The translations under genes and the position numbers were made by a program. The notes below the pieces were generated by a model. The model was not told the DNA's origin and searched no databases. It was given only the letters and a program-made list of their open reading frames with translations. Positions 18,093 to 26,547 of a DNA stretch of 32,000 bases are shown here, piece after piece (positions within the stretch are counted from its first letter, which is position 1; each line of letters begins with the position of its first letter). The stretch is from Fibrobacteria bacterium (lineage in GTDB: Bacteria; Fibrobacterota; Fibrobacteria; UBA11236; JADFYW01): NCBI GenBank assembly GCA_050294405.1, contig JBNKOC010000012.1, positions 103,031 to 135,030 of the forward strand, read 5' to 3'.

Positions 18093-19909
18093 GCCTCCGG
18101 CCTCCCGCCATAGGCTTTGATATCCTGCCTGATTTTTTGCAAAAGGGTTTTTTGCGCGCTTTCAATTTCTTCAGCTTTTAAATCGGTTTTGGTTTCCAAA
18201 CCCGATTTTATCATAAGCTGCATCCGCTCAGGTAGTAAGGAAATTACTTTTAATTTTATGTCTTCTTCTACTCCGGCAAGGGCATTGGTAAGTACATCCT
18301 GGTTTACATTTCTAACAGAATTAGTGAGAAACTTGTCGGGAAGGCTGGTGATTTCAGGTAGGGTGATAAAATTGTTTTTGATTTTTTCCGCCAGGTTTAA
18401 ATCCACTTCTGCAATGGAATTCAGATATTCTCCCTGGACAGAAATGGGAAGGCTGTCTAAAACATCCAGTACGCTTTCAATGCCATCAGAAGCTACATAG
18501 CGCATGTTTATAACTTCAAGCGCGTTGGCAGACAATCTATCCGCTAGTTCCTTGTATACTTTAAGGGGGATGTTTTGAATTTTTCCCATTCCCGCAAGAA
18601 TTTTTGTGCGCTTGGATTTATCCAATTTTTGAAGTATGGAGCTTGCTTTGGACGGTTCCACCTGGGCTAAAGCCATGCCAATGATTCCTTCAGATTCCTC
18701 CTTTAACAGGTGGAGGATTTGTTGTTCGTTCATCTGGCGCAAAAACCCAAAGAGATCTGCATATTCGCTTTCGTTTATTATGGAGCTGGTTTGGTTTTGG
18801 TAATCTTCTTTGAATTGCTTATACACAGCTAAAACTTCTTCCCCCGCCAAGGGTTCCAATTGTTTTAACCTATTTTCGATATTTTTAGTTTCTTCTTTTC
18901 CCAGTTCTGTGGAAACAACTTTTAATATTCTTTCATCAACTGCCTTAATTAATTTTGTTGTTTCCTGATGTCCTTCTTCACCTTTTTGCTGAATCCATTT
19001 CTTTAATACCTGAGAGCTGGAGGCTGTGTCCCCAATAAAGGCGCTTAACACATAAGAACGCATTTCCCGGAGTTCGTTATTCCCACTGTCCTCTTCTTTA
19101 TTAGCCTCTGTAGATTTTTCTTTTTCGGGAGCTGTTTTAATTTCCTGGAGTTCGTTGATGATGTTAGTATAGGAATCCTGGACCTTGCTTCGCTGCCGGT
19201 TTTTAGAAAACGCTCGGGAAACAATAACGGCAATTAACAAAACAAAAATGCAAATGATGAGTAGGGGTATTAAAGAAGCCAGGTTGTCCACCAAAGGTTT
19301 GAAGGGGTTTAATTTTTCCTCTTTTTCCAACAGCTCGGAATCCGCCTTACTGCTGGGTAAGGCTTTTGGGTCCATGTTTTCAGCCAATTGATATCCCGAA
19401 TTAGGCTTTTTCTGGACTGGGAAAATTCCGGAGCGAATATCCAGCCTGTCTCCCCGATATTCATTTAAATTTGCCGACATGCTAATAAGCTTTTTAATAA
19501 AGGAGTAGTCTTTATCTTCATAGCTTGTATCCACCATGATTTCCACTTCCACATGGTTAATGGAAAAGTCACTTTGTTTTTTCCCAGCCCTGGCTTTTGC
19601 CGCCCCTTCCTTCATGTCATTGGGCAACACAGGCAGCCCCGGCAGGGTGTATATATCATCCAAATCCCCTTCCAGATCAATTTCTTCAGACTCGTTCAGA
19701 AACACATTGGCATCTACTAAAAAAGTCCGTTCATCATAATATTTGCTGAGAACATCTTTTATTAGAACTTCGTAGTAGTGGGAGGCTTTGCGAGATTGGG
19801 CTTCGTATTTGCTTCTATCCTCATTTTTAACTTTAAATTCCTGGCCATTAGCCGGGGCAAAAAGGATTATTGCAAAAAAGGCCCACTGGATGATGCCTGC
19901 AAATTTCAT
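18089..19909 (-). CDS. Natural fusion: signal peptide, FliF C-terminal (RBM3-like) periplasmic domain, TM, cytoplasmic FliG (middle and C-terminal domains)
   Basis: FliF-like NHVEVEIMVDTSYEDKDYSFIKKLISMSANLNEYRGDRLDIRSGIFP. TM helix LASLIPLLIICIFVLLIAVIVSRAF. FliG-like IGMALAQVEPSKASSILQKLDKSKRTKILAGMGKIQNIPLKVYKELADRL...GIESVLDVLDSL...DLNLAEKIKNNFITLPEI...ALAGVEEDIKLKVISLLPERMQLMIKSGLE...EEIESAQKTLLQKIR. The track start is TTG 19933; ATG 19909 gives a clean signal peptide. Confidence 0.85.
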   Translation of the reverse strand: MKFAGIIQWAFFAIILFAPANGQEFKVKNEDRSKYEAQSRKASHYYEVLIKDVLSKYYDERTFLVDANVFLNESEEIDLEGDLDDIYTLPGLPVLPNDMKEGAAKARAGKKQSDFSINHVEVEIMVDTSYEDKDYSFIKKLISMSANLNEYRGDRLDIRSGIFPVQKKPNSGYQLAENMDPKALPSSKADSELLEKEEKLNPFKPLVDNLASLIPLLIICIFVLLIAVIVSRAFSKNRQRSKVQDSYTNIINELQEIKTAPEKEKSTEANKEEDSGNNELREMRSYVLSAFIGDTASSSQVLKKWIQQKGEEGHQETTKLIKAVDERILKVVSTELGKEETKNIENRLKQLEPLAGEEVLAVYKQFKEDYQNQTSSIINESEYADLFGFLRQMNEQQILHLLKEESEGIIGMALAQVEPSKASSILQKLDKSKRTKILAGMGKIQNIPLKVYKELADRLSANALEVINMRYVASDGIESVLDVLDSLPISVQGEYLNSIAEVDLNLAEKIKNNFITLPEITSLPDKFLTNSVRNVNQDVLTNALAGVEEDIKLKVISLLPERMQLMIKSGLETKTDLKAEEIESAQKTLLQKIRQDIKAYGGRPEA

Positions 19910-20024
19910 TGATACACTCAATTTTTGAAGCAAAATATTCTCTAACGATTTTTTTCATGGTATTACAATCCCGGTTGGGTTTGCAAAGGTTTTTTAGGAA
20001 GGGCCTTTAAAAATTCAAAAAAAA

Positions 20025-21461
20025 TTAAACGTTTAATTTCCAAAAAATTGGGGCTAGCCAGCGCAGAACCGCGAAAATGAGGAAAATTCCCAATAGATTT
20101 AACGCAAATCCAACACTTGCCATTTTTTTTATGGATACGTGTCCCGAGCTAAAAATTACAGCATTAGGAGGTGTGGCAATGGGAAGCATAAATGCGTAGG
20201 AAGCAGCCAAAGCTACGGCGCTGGTAAAAAGAATGGAATCTTGCTGATTTTGATAGCCAAGTCCGGCCATTATTGGAATGAGCATGCTTGCGGTAGCTGT
20301 ATTCGAGGTGACTTCGGTTAAAAAAATTGTAGTAAGAATAATGGCTAACAATATCAAGGAAACCGAACTTAAATTCCAGGAAGAAAATTGAGCGCCAATA
20401 TATTCAGTTAAGTTTGAAGTTGAAAATGCGTTGGCCAGGCTAAGTCCGCCTCCAAACAGGATCAAAACTCCCCAGGGCAAAGATATGGTATCTTCCCAGA
20501 CCATAAGAAACTCCTGTTTTTTTAGGGAGACAGGTAAAATAAATAACAGGCAGGCCCCGAAGATGGCTATGGTGGCATCGCTCATTAATGGAGAGATCCA
20601 ATTTTTTAAAAAGCCCTGAAAAACCCAACATAGGGCGACCAGAGTAAAAACAGCAAGCACCATTTTTTCGGGCTTACTAATGGGGCCTAATTCTTTTAGT
20701 TCCTTTAGTATTAAGGCGTTCAATTGTCCGGGTTTCAGGAAGATTTCCCTTAACTGAGTTTTCCATAAATATAGCCAGGTTAATATCAACATTATTATGG
20801 ATAAAGGCAGTCCTACTAACATCCAGCTTATAAAACTTATGTTAAAATGCAAATGCTTTTGAACATATCCTGCCCAGAAAATATTAGGAGGAGTCCCTAT
20901 CAAGGTAGCGGCCCCTCCAATGGAGGCTCCGTAAGCAATACCTAACATAAGCCCGATGCTTATTTTTGTGTTTTTATTTTCCCCCACGGTTGCCATTTTG
21001 TTGCCCACTGCAAGAGCTATGGGTAACATCATCATGGCAGTTGCTGTATTGCTGATCCACATGGATAAAAAGGCCGAGGCTCCCATGAATCCCAGTAATA
21101 GCCCGGGGCCGCTGCTACCTACCCATTTTATAGTGGTAAGGGCGATTCTTTTATGCAAATTCCATTTTTCAATACTCAAGGCAATGATGAACCCACCTAA
21201 AAAAAGAAATATTAAGTGATTGGCGTAAGGAGCGGCCGCTGACTTAGAGTCGGCAATTTTTAAAACAGGAAACAGGACTAAAGGCAATAATGATGTTATT
21301 GCCATTGGAATGGTTTCGGTAACCCAAAACACAGCCATTAAAAAGGCACAGGCGGCGGTTTTTTGGCCAGCTGCACTTAAGCCCTCTGGTTGCGGAAGTA
21401 AGAGGATTATTATAAAGCCCGATGGGCCAAGTAACCAGCCAATTTTTTGAGAAGTTTTCAA
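20025..21461 (-). CDS. DASS/SLC13 family sodium/anion (dicarboxylate or sulfate) symporter
   Basis: ETIPMAITSLLPLVLFPVL, FLFLGGFIIALSIEKWNLHKRIAL, SNTATAMMMLPIALA, TEVTSNTATASMLIPIM, FMLPIATPPNAVIFSSGHVSIKKM. Confidence 0.93.
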   Translation of the reverse strand: MKTSQKIGWLLGPSGFIIILLLPQPEGLSAAGQKTAACAFLMAVFWVTETIPMAITSLLPLVLFPVLKIADSKSAAAPYANHLIFLFLGGFIIALSIEKWNLHKRIALTTIKWVGSSGPGLLLGFMGASAFLSMWISNTATAMMMLPIALAVGNKMATVGENKNTKISIGLMLGIAYGASIGGAATLIGTPPNIFWAGYVQKHLHFNISFISWMLVGLPLSIIMLILTWLYLWKTQLREIFLKPGQLNALILKELKELGPISKPEKMVLAVFTLVALCWVFQGFLKNWISPLMSDATIAIFGACLLFILPVSLKKQEFLMVWEDTISLPWGVLILFGGGLSLANAFSTSNLTEYIGAQFSSWNLSSVSLILLAIILTTIFLTEVTSNTATASMLIPIMAGLGYQNQQDSILFTSAVALAASYAFMLPIATPPNAVIFSSGHVSIKKMASVGFALNLLGIFLIFAVLRWLAPIFWKLNV

Positions 21462-21479
21462 TCTGGCTTCAAAATAAAA

Positions 21480-21827
21480 TCAATCAGGGTAGTGTTTATA
21501 AATTTCTGAAGTTTTTTGAGCCATCCATAAATCTTTTTTTTGTATTCCTTTAAGACTGTGGGTCCACCAGGAGACTTCCACTTTTCCCCATTCCAATATT
21601 ATTCGGGGGTGGTGGTTATTCTGTTCGGCCAGATTGCCAATTTCGTTGCTGAACTTTTGGGCCGTTTTAAAATCTTTAAAGCTAAATCCAGCCTGAATAT
21701 AAGGAATTTCATCCGTTTGAAACAAACTCCATTGAGGAAGTTCCTTTAAGGCAATATATATCTGGTCCAATTCCATTTTTTGGGCGGAACCAGGTTGGGT
21801 TTCAGATTCATTTAAATCAAAAATCAT
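21480..21827 (-). CDS. 4a-hydroxytetrahydrobiopterin (pterin-4a-carbinolamine) dehydratase-like
   Basis: FSFKDFKTAQKFSNEIGNLAEQNNHHPRIILEWGKVEVSWWTHSLKGIQKKDLWMAQKT is the conserved family signature. Confidence 0.88.
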   Translation of the reverse strand: MIFDLNESETQPGSAQKMELDQIYIALKELPQWSLFQTDEIPYIQAGFSFKDFKTAQKFSNEIGNLAEQNNHHPRIILEWGKVEVSWWTHSLKGIQKKDLWMAQKTSEIYKHYPD

Positions 21828-21841
21828 TATTTTCCCCCTAT

Positions 21842-22276
21842 TTATTTTTTACGGATATTTAAAATGAGTTGATCTAAACTCCGCCTTCCCCCACCGGAAA
21901 AAGCATAGTAAAGACTCATTACCATCAATTCAATGGGGTGAGAAAATTTATTAAACCCGTCTGCCTGGCTAATGTGCTTAATAGAAGCGACTAACATGGT
22001 AAAAGCAATTAAGGCTGCCGCTGGCCTGGTGAATAATCCCAGGAGCAGTAAAATGCCTCCTCCAAATTCGGCAAAACTGGCCATAAATCCCCAAAATACT
22101 GGGAAAAAATGGATACCTAATTCTCCCATGGCTCCTCCAAGCTTTTCCCACATTGGGACACCGCCTATTATTTTCGGATAGCCGTGAACAATGAAGCTTA
22201 TTCCCAAAACAGCCCTGATAGCAAGAAGCAAGGGTTCTGAATTTTTATAGCTAAAGAGAGATTCTTTAAATTTCAT
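21842..22276 (-). CDS. DoxX family membrane protein
   Basis: AVLGISFIVHGYPKIIGGVPMWEKLGGAMGELGI and TRPAAALIAFTMLVA; about 4 TM segments. Confidence 0.9.
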   Translation of the reverse strand: MKFKESLFSYKNSEPLLLAIRAVLGISFIVHGYPKIIGGVPMWEKLGGAMGELGIHFFPVFWGFMASFAEFGGGILLLLGLFTRPAAALIAFTMLVASIKHISQADGFNKFSHPIELMVMSLYYAFSGGGRRSLDQLILNIRKK

Positions 22277-22330
22277 TTTTGCACCCCTAAAGGAAATTAC
22301 AAAAATTCAAATGAAAAGGGTGTTTGTGAA

Positions 22331-23305
22331 CTAAATCCAATGTTTTTTGCGGAATAAAAACAACTGGCCAACCACCACAAGGGTAAGAATAAGGCAAAAA
22401 ATCCAAAAAGCCCACTGGTTATCCGCTCCAGGTATTCCGCCCACATTAATGCCTAACATGCCCGTTAAAAAACCCAATGGAAGAAAAACCGCCGCAATGA
22501 TGGAAAGTACATACATGCGGTTGTTTAGTTGATCGGCTAATTGGTTGCTTATTTGGTCTGCGATTACCGTTGCTCTTTCCCTTATGGATTCTAAATCTTC
22601 AAGGTACCGGGTCTGCTGATCCACAATTTCCCTCAGGCGAAAATTATCTTTTTGAGACATCCAACTCATTTCCTCTGATAATATCTTCCAAAGGGCTTCT
22701 TTTTGAGGATGTAAGTAACGCCTCAATAATATTGCTTTTTTCCTAATTTGGGATAAGTCGTCCCTAATTTGGCTGGTAACTCCATTTAGAGTTTCTTCTT
22801 CCAGGTCTCCAATTTTTTCTTCCGCGGTTTCAATGGTATTTTCCATTCTGACAGTTAATCGGAAACACAAATCCACCAAAAATTCTCCTGAGTTTCTCGG
22901 GCCCCTGTTTTCTTTTAAAGCCTGGAAAATATCCTGGATAGATAACATTTTCCGTTTGCGGGAGGTGATGATTAAGTTGTTGGAAATAAAGCTGCGAAGG
23001 GAAACCATATCTTCCGGGTTCTCTCCGGGGTTTAAGTTAACCCCCCGCAAGGTTAGCAATAGATAATCCTCTGTGCCGTGGCTTCGGGGGCGTGTTTCTT
23101 CGGCCAAGAGGGCGCTTTTGGAAATGCCGTCCAGATTGGGATGTTTTAATATCCAGTTTTTTGCATCAGGATTGGAATAATCTAAATGTATCCATAGAAT
23201 TCCTTCCCAAGGGTGATATTGGGTAATATGTTCTGCGTCGAGGGAAAGCATTCCTCCCTTTGCATCCAAAAAACAAGAAAAAATAAAAGGGTTACTATTT
23301 GGCAT
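22331..23305 (-). CDS. CorA-family metal transporter, ZntB-like
   Basis: C-terminal TM pair with the signature GMLGINVGGIPGADNQWAFW (GxN motif). Confidence 0.9.
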   Translation of the reverse strand: MPNSNPFIFSCFLDAKGGMLSLDAEHITQYHPWEGILWIHLDYSNPDAKNWILKHPNLDGISKSALLAEETRPRSHGTEDYLLLTLRGVNLNPGENPEDMVSLRSFISNNLIITSRKRKMLSIQDIFQALKENRGPRNSGEFLVDLCFRLTVRMENTIETAEEKIGDLEEETLNGVTSQIRDDLSQIRKKAILLRRYLHPQKEALWKILSEEMSWMSQKDNFRLREIVDQQTRYLEDLESIRERATVIADQISNQLADQLNNRMYVLSIIAAVFLPLGFLTGMLGINVGGIPGADNQWAFWIFCLILTLVVVGQLFLFRKKHWI

Positions 23306-23311
23306 AGGCTT

Positions 23312-24067
23312 TTAAAAAGGAAGTTGGGTAATGGGAATGCATTTGTCTTCCCCCACAATCATGGTATGTTCATGTTGGGCTGCAAAACTCCCATGTTCAG
23401 TGCTCAGGGACCAGCCGTCTTTGCCTTCAATTACAAAATTATCATCTTCAGCCAAAAAGGGTTCCAGAGTTATTACCATATTTGTGCCTAGCACTCTCTT
23501 TTCTTTTGAAGAGTAAAAGGGAAGTATTTCATTTGGATATTCATGCAACGACTTTCCCACCCCATGGCTGCATAAATTTTTAATTATGTGGTAGCCTTTT
23601 TGGTGGGCGAAATTTTCAAAATGAGCCCCGATTTTTTTGAGGGGAGTTCCGGATTCAATAAATTCCACAGCGCCCATTAAAGCTTCGTAGGTGGAATTGC
23701 AAAGGTCCTGGATTTCCTCTGTAAAGGGAGGAATTTGAAAAGAATGTCCGGTATCCGCGAAATAGCCGTTTACTTTGGCAGATACATCGATGTTTATCAA
23801 ATCGCCTTCCTCAAGGATGACATGGTGGCTGGGAATACCGTGTGCGGCCACCTGATTCACGCTTATGCAGGTGTAACCGGGAAACTTGTAACAAAGTTGG
23901 GGGGCGGATTCCGCTTTGTATTTTTTAAATAGAGAAGCGGCGTAATCATCTAGCTCTTTGGTGGTGACGCCCGCTTTGGCTCTGTGTTTTAACTCCGCTA
24001 AAATTTCCGAGACAATGTTAGCTGCATGGCGAATACCCAAATGATCGGATTGATTTCTCAAAGTCAT
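23312..24067 (-). CDS. map: Type I methionine aminopeptidase
   Basis: CISVNQVAAHGIPSHHVILEEGDLINIDVSAKVNGYFADTGHSF, CSHGVGKSLHEYPNEI, VITLEPFLA, EHTMIV. ATG 24067 is preferred over 24082. Confidence 0.95.
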   Translation of the reverse strand: MTLRNQSDHLGIRHAANIVSEILAELKHRAKAGVTTKELDDYAASLFKKYKAESAPQLCYKFPGYTCISVNQVAAHGIPSHHVILEEGDLINIDVSAKVNGYFADTGHSFQIPPFTEEIQDLCNSTYEALMGAVEFIESGTPLKKIGAHFENFAHQKGYHIIKNLCSHGVGKSLHEYPNEILPFYSSKEKRVLGTNMVITLEPFLAEDDNFVIEGKDGWSLSTEHGSFAAQHEHTMIVGEDKCIPITQLPF

Positions 24068-24075
24068 AATTACAC

Positions 24076-24441
24076 CTACCAATACATAGATAATATTTTA
24101 GGAATAAAAATAAAAATTCCCAGAATAACAGATAAAATAGCCCCAAGTAGTACAGCTCCTGCGGCCATGTCTTTTATGGCGCCAAGGCTAGGCTTTTTTT
24201 CCAGAGAAATTTCGTCCACAATTTTTTCAATGGAAGTATTAATGGTTTCCAGGGATATAACAAAAAAAATAACCGAAATAACAAATAGTAACTCTATTCT
24301 GGAAATTTTTAGCCACCAGGATAATAAAAGTCCAATGCAACTCATCAAAAGATGAATTTTCATATTCTGGCCTTCACGAATGGCCAAGTATATGCCATTA
24401 GCCGCATATTTGAAACTTTTTATTAACTTGATAAAATCCAT
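24076..24441 (-). CDS. dgkA: Diacylglycerol/undecaprenol kinase family protein
   Basis: SFKYAANGIYLAIREGQNMKIHL, ETINTSIEKIVDEI, GAIKDMAAGAVLLGAI. Confidence 0.87.
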   Translation of the reverse strand: MDFIKLIKSFKYAANGIYLAIREGQNMKIHLLMSCIGLLLSWWLKISRIELLFVISVIFFVISLETINTSIEKIVDEISLEKKPSLGAIKDMAAGAVLLGAILSVILGIFIFIPKILSMYW

Positions 24442-24544
24442 TTATGCTCAAAGGCCTTATTCAAAGGTTTTGTTTAAACATAATTTATTGATGGGATACA
24501 ATCCAGAAATACCTCCATTGCAGTGCTTGGAAACATACAGATTT

Positions 24545-25240
24545 TTACCAGTTGAAGCTATATCGAATTCCTGTGCTTCCTGAAAAAAAAATGGGGCTAA
24601 GATACCCAATCTTCATTTTTTCTGACGGACCATTTTTATGGGTAGATCCAAAATGTTTAAATATTTCAGCCATAGTGGTTCCAAGAATGACTCCCGCTAA
24701 TAGGTCTGCGGGGTAATGCCCAGCTTCATATATTCGGGACCAGGCTAATGTTGCAGCATATCCATACCATATGGCTTTATATCCTGTTATTTCCGAAAAA
24801 TAATGGGCGCTAAAACCTATTAATGTCAGGGATAATGAAGGCATGCTGTATTTTTCAGAAGGAACTAAATCCGTAACAAAACCTTCATTGGAATGACGGC
24901 CTTTTGCCTCTTCCAGGGCATATATTGGTCGTTTTCTTTTAAAAGAAGCTTTTAAAATCTGATTGATTGTCAAACTGGCAGCTAAACCATAAAATCCATA
25001 ATAGGCGGCGTGTTTTAAGGAGTCATTATTACTCTTGCTTCCAAGTCCATATGTATAGCAAAGGGCGATAGGGCTTACAACCTGCATATAATAAATACCT
25101 GTGGAAAGCCAGTCTAAATGGGGGTGGCCGGGATCGTTGATATTTAAAAAAAGACGTTCATCCGTATTTTCGCTATGGCTTAGGGCTACAAGGCCCAGTA
25201 CTAAAGTAAAACTTAAAATTCTAAAAGGGCCCAAATTCAT
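24545..25240 (-). CDS. PAP2-superfamily (phosphatidic acid phosphatase-like) membrane protein
   Basis: KASFKRKRPIYA, PSLSLTLIGFSAHYF, SRIYEAGHYPADLLAGVILG. Confidence 0.8.
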   Translation of the reverse strand: MNLGPFRILSFTLVLGLVALSHSENTDERLFLNINDPGHPHLDWLSTGIYYMQVVSPIALCYTYGLGSKSNNDSLKHAAYYGFYGLAASLTINQILKASFKRKRPIYALEEAKGRHSNEGFVTDLVPSEKYSMPSLSLTLIGFSAHYFSEITGYKAIWYGYAATLAWSRIYEAGHYPADLLAGVILGTTMAEIFKHFGSTHKNGPSEKMKIGYLSPIFFSGSTGIRYSFNW

Positions 25241-25330
25241 TTGCCTAATTGCATTCTTTTCTGGGGTTATTATTGAACAAAAGCATGGAAATGGTTAATA
25301 TACCATTATTCATCAACCTCTGAGTGATTT

Positions 25331-25612
25331 ATGGAAATTTATGTCGCAAACATCGGGTATACAGTATCTAAAGAAGATTTGGAAAAATTATTTGGTAAAT
25401 TTGGAGAAGTTTCCAAAGTTCGATTGGTTGAAGAAGACGGTTACAATAAGGGCTGGGGTTTTGTTACCATGGAAGATGAAGAGGCCGCTCAGAGAGCCAT
25501 TAAAGCTTTAAACTTGAAAAGCTTTAAGGGCAAAAATTTAAAAGTGGCCAAGTATAGGCCCAAATCCAAAGATCCCAATCGTCCTCAATTTGGCCAGTGG
25601 ATTCCAAAATAA
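25331..25612 (+). CDS. RNA-binding protein with a single RRM domain
   Basis: RNP2-like IYVANIGYTV and RNP1-like KGWGFVTM; 93 aa. Confidence 0.92.
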   Translation: MEIYVANIGYTVSKEDLEKLFGKFGEVSKVRLVEEDGYNKGWGFVTMEDEEAAQRAIKALNLKSFKGKNLKVAKYRPKSKDPNRPQFGQWIPK

Positions 25613-25656
25613 GGCAACAAAGCCCTAAGCCGAAGAAGGGAATTTTTGCCAACCCT

Positions 25657-26460
25657 TTATAGTTTTGCGCCGCATTTTTTGCAATAGAAGGCATCTATTT
25701 CATGGCCTTCATAGCTGCAACTTGGACAGGCCTGAGTTGAAATAAAATCTTGTTTGCTCTGGCTGAGCTCTGCAGACACAATCCCTGTGGGAACAGCTAA
25801 AATTCCAAATCCCATTACCATTACTATTGATGATAAAAATTGCCCCAGCACAGTTTGAGGGGTGACATCCCCATAACCCACAGTGGTGAGAGTGACTATG
25901 GCCCAGTATATGCCTTTTGGGATAGAAGTGAAACCGTTTTTTTCACCCTCTACCAGATACATCAGGCTTCCGATTATAATAACCAAAGTGAGAACACCAA
26001 TTAAAAACACAGTGATTTTTGGACTGGCTGCTTTCAAGGCCCTGGTTAAAATTTGACCTGCTTTTAAGTAACGCCCCAGCTTAAATATTCTGAATATTCT
26101 AACTAAACGAATGGCGCGTATTATCAACAGGTAATGGAAATCTTGCAGAAACAGGCTTAGGTATGTTGGCAGCAAACTCAGCAAATCTACAATTCCATAG
26201 AAACTGAAAATGTATTTGCTTGGGCGCTCAATGGAAATAATCCGCAGGCCGTATTCTAGGGTAAACAAAATAGTGATTACCCATTCTAAAATACGCAGTT
26301 CCCTGCCAAAGGCCAGGTTAAAACTCTTTACGCTTTCTAACATCACCGCAAGGATACTAATTCCAATTGCCCCCAAAAGGGCCACATCAAAGGCTTTTCC
26401 CATAGGGGTGTCTGCCTCATAGATAACGGTATGTAGAGTTTGTCGCCACTTTGATTTCAT
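25657..26460 (-). CDS. Voltage-gated-type potassium/ion channel with C-terminal zinc ribbon
   Basis: S4-like LLIIRAIRLVRIFRIFKLGRYL, selectivity filter TLTTVGYGDVTP, C-terminal CPSC...CKKCG. Confidence 0.93.
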   Translation of the reverse strand: MKSKWRQTLHTVIYEADTPMGKAFDVALLGAIGISILAVMLESVKSFNLAFGRELRILEWVITILFTLEYGLRIISIERPSKYIFSFYGIVDLLSLLPTYLSLFLQDFHYLLIIRAIRLVRIFRIFKLGRYLKAGQILTRALKAASPKITVFLIGVLTLVIIIGSLMYLVEGEKNGFTSIPKGIYWAIVTLTTVGYGDVTPQTVLGQFLSSIVMVMGFGILAVPTGIVSAELSQSKQDFISTQACPSCSYEGHEIDAFYCKKCGAKL

Positions 26461-26547
26461 GGAGATAAATTAAATAAATAACGGCTGCCTGTTACGCAAT
26501 TCGCATTTCAGATGCATTTTTTTTAAAATGATCCTATAATCAAAATT

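Noticed and set aside
14887-19909. Fragment of an ordinary flagellar operon
   Set aside because: No fliM/N, fliE, fliH/I, flhA/B, rod or hook genes flank it. The FliF and FliG portions are fused and the RBM1/2 domains are missing. Only the full genome can exclude a flagellum elsewhere.
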